DNA of 53,664 nt, taken from positions 1 to 53,664 of the forward strand of contig BTVJ01000049.1 of the NCBI GenBank assembly GCA_045863395.1. The letters run 5' to 3'. Position numbers and translations under genes: made by a program. Position 1 is the first letter of the stretch; the number at the start of each line of letters is the position of its first letter. The notes below the pieces were generated by a model that was given only the letters and a program-made list of their open reading frames with translations, was not told the origin of the DNA and ran no database searches. This document shows, piece by piece, positions 1-11,862 of the stretch. The DNA is from Myxococcales bacterium. Lineage in GTDB: Bacteria > Myxococcota_A > UBA9042 > JABWCM01 > BTVJ01.

Positions 1-175
1 CCTGCGACGACGGCGACGCCTGCAATGGCGTCGAGACCTGCGACGCGGCGACGGGCTGCGTCGCGGGCACGGCCCTCACCTGCGACGACGGCGACGCCTG
101 CAATGGCGTCGAGACCTGCGACACGGCGGCGGGCTGCGTCGCGGGCACGGCGCTCGCCTGCGACGACGGCGACAT
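1..175 (+). repeat. 78-bp coding tandem repeat (CDDGDACNGVETCDxAxGCVAGTALx)
   Basis: Positions 1-78 and 79-156 are near-identical at nucleotide level; later copies diverge. Confidence 0.85.
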
Positions 176-2804
176 CTGCACCGGGCTGGAAGACTGCGAC
201 GCCGCGGCGGGCTGCTACGTGGCGATTCCCCCGGACCCGTGCGACGACGGGGACTCGTGCAACGGCGAGGAGACATGCCACCCCACGACCGGATGTCAGG
301 CTGGCACCCCCGTCGACTGTGACGACGGCGACCTCTGCACCGGGCTCGAGGACTGCGACCCGTCGGATGGCTCCTGCTACGTCGCCATCCCCCCCGACGA
401 GTGCGACGACGGAGACCCGTGCACGGGCATCGCGCTCTGTGACCCCACGCTCGGCTGTCTCACGGGCACTCCGCCCGAGTGCAACGACGGCGACCCTTGC
501 AACGGCGTGGAGCTCTGCACCCCGGGCGTCGGCTGCGAGCCAGCGGCGCCGCCGGAGTGCGCGCCGTATCTGTGTGGCCCGAGCGGCTGCGAGGAGATCT
601 GCCTGGAGCAGACCGACTGCGTGGGCCAGACCTTCTGCGACGTGAACGACGTGGACGACGACGACGACGACACGGAGTGTCTGCCCCGGCAGCCGGACGG
701 TTCACCCTGCGCCGATCCGGCCGGCCTCGAGTGCGGGTCGGGATATTGCCGAGACGGCGCCTGCTGCGCAGCCGGAGACTGCTGCACGACCAGCGCGGAG
801 TGCTCCGAGGCCGCGCCGGTGTGCGCGGACGGAGCCTGCGTGGCACCGGTCCCGCCCCTCCCTGGTGATCTGTTGATCACCGAGGTGATGATCTCCTCGG
901 GCGTGGACCCCTACAACGTGTGGTTCGAGGTGCGCAACCAGTCCAGCGACCTGCTCGACCTGGCGGGCCTGACCGTGGTCGAGCTCTCCCTGGCGCAGCT
1001 CTACGACCTGCCGTCCGACTCCCCCATCCTGGTGGCGCCCGGCGGTCTCCTCGTCGTTGGGGCAATCGCCGACCCGGCCCAGAACGGCGGCGTCGACGTG
1101 GATGTCGAGCTCCCTGATCTCCTGCTGTGGGAGCAGTCGTCCATCGTGCTGCACCACGACGACACCCCAATCGCTCGGCTGGACCTGACCCCCGCGTTCC
1201 CGGGCGACGCGGCCCGCTCCATGGAGCTGTCGGCCAATGCCACCGGGCTGCCGGGCGCTCTCCAGCCCTGGTACTGGTGCAGCGCGACGACTCCGCTGTC
1301 AGCGGGAGACTTCGGCTCTCCCGGCGCGCCCAACGGCACGTGCGGAGTTCCCATCCCCGTCCCGCCCGTGGACTGGTGCAACCTCCAGTGGCCCCCGACC
1401 CTCGACCCGCTGCCGTCGGGCAGCGCCGCACCGGTCTACAGCCAGTTCTGGGAGCCCGGCATCACGGACCGGGTCGTCGGCGCCAACGACCAGTACCCCT
1501 TCGTGGTCGCCCAGATCGGTCACGGCACCGACGCTGCGGCGCCGGAGTCCTGGTCCTGGGCCCCGGCCAGCTTCAACCCGGGGTACGCCAACGGCGGCTC
1601 GCACAATGACGAGGTGCTCGGACAGCTCGTCATCCACCAGGCTGGTTCCTGGCTCTACGGCTTCCGGTACCGGCTGCTGGACCCCCACACCCTGGACGCC
1701 TCGGAGTGGCGCTACTGCGATCTGAGCGGCGTGTGGGGCGGAGGTGCGGGCAGCTGGGGCGTCGCCGACGTGGCGACCTCCTTCGACGTGACAGGCACGA
1801 GCCACGGCATCATCCCCCGAGGCTCCACCTTCACGGTGGAGGGAGCCGGGCTGACGGCGACCACGGGCGTCACCATCGGAGGCGTGCCGCAACCCTTCGC
1901 CATCGTGTCGGCCTCGGAGGTCACCGTCGGCCCCGTCGCCCAGGGGACTCCCGCGGGGGCCCAGACTCTGACCGTGGCGGGTGGCGTGGGAGTCTCTGCG
2001 GACACTCCTGTCACCGTAATCGCCTACGGCCTCGACCTGAAGGCGCTCGCTCGCGGCGCCACGCTGACCATCGCGGGCAGCGGCTTCACCGGCGCCTCGG
2101 GCGCCTCCATCGCAGGGATCTCGCAGCCGGTGAGCGTCGTCGATGACGCGACCCTGAAGGTCGGCCCCATCGCAGACGCGACCCCAGTGGACGCCTCGAC
2201 CCTCAGCGTCACGACGGCAGCGGGGGCAACCGCGCCGCTGCCCGTGACCGTCATCCACCTGGTGATCAACGAGCTGGACTCGGACACCCCCGGCACCGAC
2301 GTCGCGGAGTTCGTGGAGATCGCGTCCGGCGTGCCCGGTGCGGACCTCAGCGACTACGTGCTCGCCTTCTGGAACGGCTCGAACGACCTGAGCTACTACG
2401 CCGTGCAGCTCGGCACCGCGGACGCCGGCGGCTACTTCCTGGTCGGCAACGCCGGGGTCGTGCCCACGCCGCAGGTGACCTTCGCGAGCAACTTCCTGCA
2501 GAACGGCCAGGACGGGGTGAGTCTCCATCAGGGTGCCGCGAGCAGCTTCCCCAACAACACGCCCGTCACGGCGGCGGGGATCATCGACGCCCTGGTGTAC
2601 GACACGGCCGACGCGGACGATCCGGGCCTCCTCGACGTGCTGATCGGGCCCATGGGGACCCCGGGGCGCACCCAGGTGGACGAGGCGGGGACCGGCGCCG
2701 GTGACACGGCGTCCATCCAGCGCTGCGGTCCCGCGCGCCGCTCGGGCGACGACTTCATCGTCCAGGTGCCCCCGTCCCCCGGTGCCCCCAACGCCTGCCC
2801 CTGA
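1..2804 (+). CDS. 5'-truncated secreted protein: Cys-rich CDDGDxC repeats, two lamin-tail-like domains, IPT/TIG-like repeats
   Basis: The frame of ORF 219..2804 is open back to position 3 (tgc gac gac ggc gac gcc tgc aat...). Lamin-tail-like motifs are PGDLLITEVM..WFEVRN..GSPGAPN and HLVINELDSDTPGTDVAEFVEI..PSPGAPN. The middle has a WCNLQWPP domain and TLTIAGSGFTGA-type segments. Confidence 0.85.
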   Translation, partial: CDDGDACNGVETCDAATGCVAGTALTCDDGDACNGVETCDTAAGCVAGTALACDDGDICTGLEDCDAAAGCYVAIPPDPCDDGDSCNGEETCHPTTGCQAGTPVDCDDGDLCTGLEDCDPSDGSCYVAIPPDECDDGDPCTGIALCDPTLGCLTGTPPECNDGDPCNGVELCTPGVGCEPAAPPECAPYLCGPSGCEEICLEQTDCVGQTFCDVNDVDDDDDDTECLPRQPDGSPCADPAGLECGSGYCRDGACCAAGDCCTTSAECSEAAPVCADGACVAPVPPLPGDLLITEVMISSGVDPYNVWFEVRNQSSDLLDLAGLTVVELSLAQLYDLPSDSPILVAPGGLLVVGAIADPAQNGGVDVDVELPDLLLWEQSSIVLHHDDTPIARLDLTPAFPGDAARSMELSANATGLPGALQPWYWCSATTPLSAGDFGSPGAPNGTCGVPIPVPPVDWCNLQWPPTLDPLPSGSAAPVYSQFWEPGITDRVVGANDQYPFVVAQIGHGTDAAAPESWSWAPASFNPGYANGGSHNDEVLGQLVIHQAGSWLYGFRYRLLDPHTLDASEWRYCDLSGVWGGGAGSWGVADVATSFDVTGTSHGIIPRGSTFTVEGAGLTATTGVTIGGVPQPFAIVSASEVTVGPVAQGTPAGAQTLTVAGGVGVSADTPVTVIAYGLDLKALARGATLTIAGSGFTGASGASIAGISQPVSVVDDATLKVGPIADATPVDASTLSVTTAAGATAPLPVTVIHLVINELDSDTPGTDVAEFVEIASGVPGADLSDYVLAFWNGSNDLSYYAVQLGTADAGGYFLVGNAGVVPTPQVTFASNFLQNGQDGVSLHQGAASSFPNNTPVTAAGIIDALVYDTADADDPGLLDVLIGPMGTPGRTQVDEAGTGAGDTASIQRCGPARRSGDDFIVQVPPSPGAPNACP

Positions 2805-2912
2805 GCGGCGGTTCCCTCCCTCGCCAGAACGTGCGATGCTCGCCAGAACCCGACGGCGGGGTCGCGCGTTGATGCGCCGGTCCCCCCCAGCCCGGGACGA
2901 AGGAGGAGCCCC

Positions 2913-5900
2913 ATGAGCACGAAGCACGGGAAGACGATTCGGCGCCTGGCGCTGGGCGCGCTGGTCGCGATGGGTATCGCCGGGAGCCCCGAGGCCCGCG
3001 ATGGCGCAAGCGATGAGCTGGGCGGCGCCGAGCGCCCCCTGACCTATGTGAGCACCGACAAGCCCATCTACAAAGGGGGAGAGACCGTCTACGTCCGGGC
3101 GGTCGTGCTGCGCGCCATGGACCGCACGCCGCTCCCGAGCGCGGCCAACGCCTTCGTCGAGGTGAGGGGGCCAAAGGGGGACTCCCTGGCGTCGGGGTGG
3201 TCCCAGACGCAGGACTCGGTCGCCGCCTTCCAGTGGATCGTGCCGGCGGGCCAGGCCGGGGGAGAGCACACCCTGGTCGTCCGGTGGCCCAACGAGGGGT
3301 GGGCGCCCGCCGAGCGCCGCTTCGACGTGCGAGCCTACCGGGCGCCGCGCCTCAAGACCCAGATCGAGTTCGTCAAGGACGGCTATGGGCCGGGAGACAC
3401 CGTCCAGGCCACGCTCCACGTGGAGCGCCCCGAAGGCGGCGTGCCCGCGGGAGCCGGCGTGGTGATCGTCGCGCGGGTCGACGGAGCAGAGGTGTTTCGC
3501 GGCGCGGGTGTCGTCGGTGCCGATGGCAACGTGGCCGCCTCCTTTGCGCTCCCGAAGGAGATTGAGCGCGGCGAAGGCACCCTCGCCATGACCGTCACCG
3601 ACGGCGGCGTCGTGGAGACCGCCACGAAGACTCTCCCCATCTTGACCCAGGCGGTGGACCTCCAGCTCTTCCCGGAGGGGGGCGATCTGATCACCGGCCT
3701 GCCCTGCCGGGTCTACTTCGAGGGACGCCAACCCAACGGCAAGCCCGCCGACCTGGACGGAATCGTTGCAGACTCGGCGGGCCGCGAGGTCGCCCGCTTT
3801 CAGTCCGGGCACGACGGGCGGGGGGTGTTCTCTTTGGTCCCGTCTCCGGACGAGACCTACGAGCTCCAGATTCTGAGACCAAACGGGATCAAGAAGACCT
3901 GGACTCTGCCGAAGGCGACGGCCGGCGCCGTGATCCGCGCGCTGGACCCAGTGACGGAGGCGGGCGGCGCCGTCCGCCTGGAGCTCGGGTCGTCTGCGGC
4001 CCTGGGCGCGGTCGTCACCCTGTCTCGCCGGGAGGTGGAGGTGGCCCGGGTCACCGTCGACCTGCGCGCGGGGGAGACGAAGCCGGTCTCGCTGACCCCG
4101 GCAGAGAGTGCAGACGGCGTCCTCGTCGCGACCGTCTGGGACGGAAACGGCCGCCCGCTGGCCGAGCGGCTGGTGTTTCGCAAGCCCACGAGCGCCCTGG
4201 AGCTGACGGTGACTGCGGACCGTGACCGCTACGTTCCCGGCGCCGACGTGGAGCTGACCGTCACGGCCACCCAGGGAGGGAAGCCCGTGGAGGCGGTGGT
4301 CGGACTGACGGTCACGGACGACACGGTCCTGGAGATGGTGGACAAGCGGGATCAAGCGCCGCGCCTGCCTGTCATGGTGTTTCTGGAGCCGGAGGTGCGC
4401 GAGCTGGCGGACGCACACGTCTACCTCGACCCGGCGAACCCGGAGGCCGCCGTGGCGGTGGACCTGCTCCTCGGCACGCAGGGGTGGCGCCGCTTCGCCT
4501 TCGCAGGCCCCGACGCCTTCGTGGCCACCCACGGAGACGCGGCGCGCCGGGTACTCGCGCTGCGAGAGCAGCCAGCCATCTCGCGGTTCGGCGCCGTCGC
4601 CACCGGCGCCCCGGACATGCTCTTCCCCGCCGCCGTGCCGGCCATGGCGCCGGAGGACGACGGCGCGCCCGCAGACGCATCGGAGCCGGAGGCACCGGCC
4701 GAGCCGGAGGTCGCCGAGGACGCCGCGGGGGACAGGGACGCCAAGGAGCTCCCCGCCAAGGAGGAGGTCGCCAAGATCGACGCCGCGGATGCGATGGCCG
4801 CTGGCTTCGCCATGCAGCAGCCCATCATGGCCGGCGAGGCGCTGGCCGAGGAGTTCTGGTCGCCCGTGGGCTCCTGGGTCCGAGAGTATGCCCATCCGGC
4901 CCGCCCCAACCGCGCCCCCGGGGAGCGCACCGACTTCACGGAGACCCTCTACTGGGCGGCGGGCATCAAGACCGACGCAAAGGGCGTCGCCCGCGTCCGC
5001 TTCGCGCTGTCCGACTCCGTGACCGGCTTCCGCGCCCTCGCGGATGGATTCTCCGCCAGCGGCGCCATCGGCGCGGGGACGGCCCTGATCGAGTCGGTGG
5101 AGCCCTTCCACGCCGAGCCCAAGCTCCCGCTGCACGTGACGCGGGGAGACATGGTTCGGCTGCCCGTGGCCGTGACCAACGGGACGGACGCGCCGCTCGA
5201 GGGCGCGACCCTCGCCCTGACCCTCGGCGGCAAGCCCGGTCCCTCGGTGACCCCCTTCGCGGTGGAGGCTCGCTCCGGGGTGCGGCGCGTGGTCGACCTG
5301 GAGATCGACGGGGCCCCGGGCACGCTGGACGTGGTGATCGCGGCCCAGGCGGGCGGCTACGCGGACCGCTCGACGCGGCAGCTCCTGGTCGAGGCCAACG
5401 GGTTCCCGCAAGAGGTCGGCTTCGGCGGGCTCCTGGAGCCGGGCAGGCCGGTCACGCGCAAGGTGACCGTCTCTCCCGGGCTCGTTCGAGACAGCCTGAC
5501 GGCGCGGGTCGCCGTGCACCCGACCCCGCTGGCGAGCCTGACGAGCGCCTTCGAGCGCTTGATCCAGGAGCCCTACGGCTGCTTCGAGCAGACGAGCTCC
5601 ACCACCTACCCGCTCGTGATGGCGCAGCAGTACTTCATGTCCCACGCCGGGGTGGACCCGACGCTCATCGCGCGGTCCTCGGACCTGCTCGCCAAGGGCT
5701 ACGAGCGGCTCCGCGGCTTCGAGTGCAAGGGGAAGGGCTACGAGTGGTTCGGCGAGGACCCGGGCCACGAGGCGCTCAGCGCCTTCGGCCTGCTGGAGTT
5801 CACGGACATGGCGACCGTGCGGGACGTGGACCGGGAGATGCTCGCCGACACCCGCGGCTGGCTCCTCGGCCGCCGCGACGGCAAGGGCGGCTTCAAGCGG

Positions 5901-6989
5901 GAGCGCCGCGCGCTGCACACCTGGATCGAGGACCGGGACGCCTCCAACGCCTACATCACCTACGCGCTGGTCCGCACGGGCGGCAAGGAGGGGCTCGCCA
6001 CGGAGCTCTTGTCATTGGAGGACGCGTCTCTGGGCAGCAAGGACCCCTACGTGTGGGGTCTGACGGCCAACACGCTCCTCCACGCCGGCAAGGACGCCAA
6101 GGTGTTCCTCGACCGGCTGGCGGCGGCCCAGGTCAAGGATGGCCACGTGGCGGGCGGCCTCAACAGCATCGTCGGGTCGAGCGGGGACGCGCTGGACATC
6201 GAGACCACGGCCATCGCGACCCTCGCCTGGCTCCGGAGCCCCGCGCACCAGGACCAGGTCGAAGGGGCCGTGCGCTGGCTCGCAGACGCGTGCAAGGACG
6301 GCCGCTACGGCAGCACCCAGTCCACGGTCCTGGCGCTCCAGGCCATCGTGGAGTACGACAAGGCCCGCGCGAGGCCCAAGGCGCCCGGCACCGTGCGGCT
6401 GCTGGTCGACGGAGAGCTGGTCGGCGCGGTCCCCTTCGACGGCGAGACCAAGGGTGCCATCGAGCTGCCGGACTTCGCCGAGCGCATGACGGTCGGGAGC
6501 CACACCATCAGCCTGGAGATGGAGGGCGGTGGCGCCATGCCGGTCACGGGGGCCGTGCGGTGGACGGACACGCAGCCCGCCTCGTCTGACGCGGTGGCCG
6601 TCGACCTGAAGACCCGCTTGATCGACCGCGACGTGAAGGAGGGCGACGTCACGGAGCTGGAGGCGGTCGTCACCAACAAGGGCGACAAGGCGCTGCCGAC
6701 CCCCGTCGCCATCCTTGGGGTGCCCGGTGGCCTGGAGCCACGCCACGACCAGCTCAAGGAGCTCGTGAAGGCCGGCACCATCGCCGCCTACGAGGTGAGG
6801 GGCCGGGACGTGGTGCTGTACTGGCGCGACCTGGGCCCGAAGAAGGCCGTGCGGGTGCCCGTGAGCCTGCTGGCGGCGATCCCGGGCACCTACACGGGGC
6901 CGGCGAGCCGCGCCTACCTCTACTACACGGACGAGCACAAGAGCTGGACTCCCGGAGAGAAGGTGAGCATCGCGCCGTCGGGATCGTGA
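2913..6989 (+). CDS. Alpha-2-macroglobulin family thioester protein
   Basis: Signal peptide, MG-domain motif YVSTDKPIYKGGETV, RTDFTETLYW, intact thioester motif PYGCFEQTSS, YGSTQSTVLALQA, C-terminal YTGPASRAYLYY. RBS AGGAGGAG upstream. Confidence 0.95.
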   Translation: MSTKHGKTIRRLALGALVAMGIAGSPEARDGASDELGGAERPLTYVSTDKPIYKGGETVYVRAVVLRAMDRTPLPSAANAFVEVRGPKGDSLASGWSQTQDSVAAFQWIVPAGQAGGEHTLVVRWPNEGWAPAERRFDVRAYRAPRLKTQIEFVKDGYGPGDTVQATLHVERPEGGVPAGAGVVIVARVDGAEVFRGAGVVGADGNVAASFALPKEIERGEGTLAMTVTDGGVVETATKTLPILTQAVDLQLFPEGGDLITGLPCRVYFEGRQPNGKPADLDGIVADSAGREVARFQSGHDGRGVFSLVPSPDETYELQILRPNGIKKTWTLPKATAGAVIRALDPVTEAGGAVRLELGSSAALGAVVTLSRREVEVARVTVDLRAGETKPVSLTPAESADGVLVATVWDGNGRPLAERLVFRKPTSALELTVTADRDRYVPGADVELTVTATQGGKPVEAVVGLTVTDDTVLEMVDKRDQAPRLPVMVFLEPEVRELADAHVYLDPANPEAAVAVDLLLGTQGWRRFAFAGPDAFVATHGDAARRVLALREQPAISRFGAVATGAPDMLFPAAVPAMAPEDDGAPADASEPEAPAEPEVAEDAAGDRDAKELPAKEEVAKIDAADAMAAGFAMQQPIMAGEALAEEFWSPVGSWVREYAHPARPNRAPGERTDFTETLYWAAGIKTDAKGVARVRFALSDSVTGFRALADGFSASGAIGAGTALIESVEPFHAEPKLPLHVTRGDMVRLPVAVTNGTDAPLEGATLALTLGGKPGPSVTPFAVEARSGVRRVVDLEIDGAPGTLDVVIAAQAGGYADRSTRQLLVEANGFPQEVGFGGLLEPGRPVTRKVTVSPGLVRDSLTARVAVHPTPLASLTSAFERLIQEPYGCFEQTSSTTYPLVMAQQYFMSHAGVDPTLIARSSDLLAKGYERLRGFECKGKGYEWFGEDPGHEALSAFGLLEFTDMATVRDVDREMLADTRGWLLGRRDGKGGFKRERRALHTWIEDRDASNAYITYALVRTGGKEGLATELLSLEDASLGSKDPYVWGLTANTLLHAGKDAKVFLDRLAAAQVKDGHVAGGLNSIVGSSGDALDIETTAIATLAWLRSPAHQDQVEGAVRWLADACKDGRYGSTQSTVLALQAIVEYDKARARPKAPGTVRLLVDGELVGAVPFDGETKGAIELPDFAERMTVGSHTISLEMEGGGAMPVTGAVRWTDTQPASSDAVAVDLKTRLIDRDVKEGDVTELEAVVTNKGDKALPTPVAILGVPGGLEPRHDQLKELVKAGTIAAYEVRGRDVVLYWRDLGPKKAVRVPVSLLAAIPGTYTGPASRAYLYYTDEHKSWTPGEKVSIAPSGS

Positions 6990-7016
6990 GGTCCGACTGG
7001 GGGTGACCGGCGACTC

Positions 7017-7391
7017 TCAGTCTCCGTAGACTCTCACTCCGAGACCTTCCTGGACCGCCAGCTCACATAGCGCCATCAGCTCTCGCAGCGCGGTCAGAAT
7101 CGAGTCTCGCTCCTCGGACACACGGATAGCCTCCATGGCCCAGGGTGCAACGTCAGCGAGGTGGAGCGCCGCCAGAGTCCGTGCCCGCAGCTCGGCCTCC
7201 CGCGTCACGACGGCGCGCCGGAGTGAGTCGCGCAGAGGCCCCACCGCGCTGGCCGGGTGCCACACGTCTCGGTAGGGGTCCAACCGGAACGTACCTGGCG
7301 GCTGGTCGACGCGCGCGATCACCTCGGCCGTCACGTCGTCAGGCACCGCGACGTGCGTCGCAGGGCCCCCATCCAGTGTCCAGTCCCACAT
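7017..7391 (-). CDS. Small hypothetical protein (LDPYxD motif, C-terminal YGD)
   Basis: GGAGG RBS 5 nt before ATG at 7391; 124 aa with protein-like composition. Confidence 0.65.
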   Translation of the reverse strand: MWDWTLDGGPATHVAVPDDVTAEVIARVDQPPGTFRLDPYRDVWHPASAVGPLRDSLRRAVVTREAELRARTLAALHLADVAPWAMEAIRVSEERDSILTALRELMALCELAVQEGLGVRVYGD

Positions 7392-7598
7392 GCGGGCCTC
7401 CAGGGCGAGCGGCGAGGCTCCAGAGCGTGCGGATCGCCGCTGCCCCCTGCCCACCAGCCCCCGGTGGCAGAGACGATGGCAAAGGCGACCGTGTCAGAGG
7501 CGACCGGAGGCGGGGGGCGGGCACCGCGGCGGCTCTCCGCAGGAGTGTCCCCGTCCACTGCGACAGCTCCCCGGCGTGGGTGGCTGAGTCGAGCTCCC

Positions 7599-9824
<2,226 letters not shown>

Positions 9825-10016
9825 GTGCTCTCCTCCGTAGGCTCGCGGGGCCCGACCGGGCCGAGGTTCGTGTGCGAGGGACGCGGCGTCCCACCCTTCC
9901 CAAGGGGCGCACATCCTACGCCGGAACAAGCGACCTGGAAACCCGGATGTGCGGAGATGCGCCGATCATCGTTACGACGTGGCGTAGCGCGTCGCCACCT
10001 GCTACCGTGCCCGCCC

Positions 10017-10556
10017 ATGGCGCAGGGATCCATCGTGTACCGCTTCACCCTCGACGTCTCCGACACGGAGCGCGGGGTCTACGAGCAGGCTGACGTGCGC
10101 CTGCCTCTCCACCCGTCGGAGACCCCGCAGTTCCTGGTCGCCCGCGCCCTCGCGTGGTCGCTCAACCTGCAAGAGGGGCTGGAGGCCTCGGCCGGGGTGT
10201 GCGCCGGGGACGAGCCGGCCATGCGGGTCGTCGGGCTCGACGGGCAGGTCCGGGCGTGGATCGAGGTCGGATCGCTCGACGCCACCCGCCTGGAGCGTGC
10301 CGCCCGCGCCGCCCCGACCGTCCGCGTCTACTGCCACCGGGACGCCCGCCCCCTGGCGCAGCAGGCCGCGATGGTGCGCCCGGAGCGCCTGGCCCGCATC
10401 GAGCTCTTCGCCCTGCCGGTCCCGCTGCTCGACGCCCTCGGCGCGCGGCTCCGCCGCACCAACGAGTGGTCGGTGCTGCACACGGAGGGCGAGCTGTTCG
10501 TGACCGTGGACGGGGAGACGCTCTCGGGCACCGTGGAGCGCATCGGCGGGGGCTGA
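10017..10556 (+). CDS. yaeQ: YaeQ family protein
   Basis: MAQGSIVYRF..DVSDTERGVY..LHPSET..DEPA..WIEVG..RLERA motifs. Confidence 0.9.
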   Translation: MAQGSIVYRFTLDVSDTERGVYEQADVRLPLHPSETPQFLVARALAWSLNLQEGLEASAGVCAGDEPAMRVVGLDGQVRAWIEVGSLDATRLERAARAAPTVRVYCHRDARPLAQQAAMVRPERLARIELFALPVPLLDALGARLRRTNEWSVLHTEGELFVTVDGETLSGTVERIGGG

Positions 10557-10560
10557 CGGG

Positions 10561-11091
10561 TCAGCGTGCCGGATCCACGTCGAGATCGACGCCCAGCTCG
10601 TCCGCCAGGGCCCCAAGCCGAGCCCGCAGCCGCGCGAGGGTCATGGCAGGGGGGGCGAGCAGCAGCGCCTCCATGCGGAAGAGCGGCGCCCCCGTGATGG
10701 GTGCAGGCACCACCTCCGTCTCGAGCTGCTCCACGTTGACGCCGGCCTCTGAAAGGGAGCGCGCCACCTCGTGGACGATGCCCAGGTGGTCGGCGCCGCT
10801 GAGCACCAGCGCATAGGGCACCGAGGCAGAAGGGCGGTCCGCGGAGAGCGCGCGGGTGCGGCGCACGGTGACGGTGGTCTCGGCGTCGTCCAGGGCCCGC
10901 AGCGCTGCCTCCAGGTCGGAGACCCTGGCCTCGGGCACGGAGAGCGCCACGATGCCTGCGAAGTCGCCCTGGAGGCGCGCCATGCGGCTCTGCTCCCAGT
11001 TGGCGCCGTGCCTGTGCGCGATCTGGGTGAGCCGCTCGACGATGCCGGGCCTGTCCGGACAGATGATGGTCGTGATCAGGTGGACGCTCAT
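10561..11091 (-). CDS. Tandem ACT-domain protein, glycine cleavage repressor GcvR-like
   Basis: Two ACT signatures: CPDRPGIV..GANWEQSRMARL and GADHLGIVHEV..GVNVEQLET..APLFRM. GAGGAGG RBS. Confidence 0.9.
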   Translation of the reverse strand: MSVHLITTIICPDRPGIVERLTQIAHRHGANWEQSRMARLQGDFAGIVALSVPEARVSDLEAALRALDDAETTVTVRRTRALSADRPSASVPYALVLSGADHLGIVHEVARSLSEAGVNVEQLETEVVPAPITGAPLFRMEALLLAPPAMTLARLRARLGALADELGVDLDVDPAR

Positions 11092-11191
11092 GGGGACCTC
11101 CTCGTGGCGAGGGCGAGGGTAGCACAGGGACCACCGGGCCCCAAGTGGCGACGCGGTGGCGAGCGCCTCCGGTCCCAGGCGCCTGGGCGAA

Positions 11192-11557
11192 TCACCGCAC
11201 GTCGCTCGGAGCGAAGTGCGGGTTCTCGATGATCCCGAAGACGTTGCCGGAGGGATCCAGCACCGACGCAACCCTGATGCCGCCTCCCACGTCCTTCACG
11301 TCTTCGTGGATGGTCGCCCCCATCGCCCGGAGGCGGGCGAGCTCGACGCCCGCGTCCGGCACACCCCAGAACGCGGTGGCGCCCGCGGTCCCGGGCTCAC
11401 CATCCGGGACGAGCCCCAGCTCGAAGCCGCCGACCGAAAACCCGACGTAGAAGGGCTCGTCGAAGGAGGGGGAGATCCCCAGGACCTCGGTGTACCAGGC
11501 CTTGGCCAGGGCGAGGTCCGGCGAGGGGTAGATGACGGTGCGCAGTCCCAGGATCAT
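11192..11557 (-). CDS. VOC/glyoxalase family protein
   Basis: MILGLRTVIY..AKAWY..YVGFSVGGFELGL..DVGGGIRVA..DPSGNVFGIIENPHF. Confidence 0.92.
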   Translation of the reverse strand: MILGLRTVIYPSPDLALAKAWYTEVLGISPSFDEPFYVGFSVGGFELGLVPDGEPGTAGATAFWGVPDAGVELARLRAMGATIHEDVKDVGGGIRVASVLDPSGNVFGIIENPHFAPSDVR

Positions 11558-11862
11558 GGTTCTCCTCCGCGTTGGCCGGCTCCATGCACGGCGCCTCCGA
11601 GCGACGACGATCCCCCAGTCGTGCCGCACGTGTCAACGCCAGACACCGAACCGCCGCACCGCCCGCGGCTCGGGTCGGGCTCAGCGGCGCGGCGGTCACA
11701 CCCTCCGGCCCGCACCGGCGAGCCGTCCCTGGACGCGGACGCCCATTCCGACTATGGAGCGTGGGGAGCGCGGCGCGCCGCCGACGGGCCGCGCGGAGCA
11801 AGTGGGAGCGCGAGGGCTGGACGCGTGCTGCTGAGAGGTCGAACCGAATGACAGGGAAGGCG

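Noticed and set aside
1299..5918. 1539-aa minus-strand ORF and other long antisense/alternate-frame ORFs (e.g. 7339..9912, 31826..34549, 44483..48037, 44280..47375)
   Set aside because: They overlap well-supported genes and are Arg/Gly/Pro/His-rich shadows expected from high-GC codon bias.
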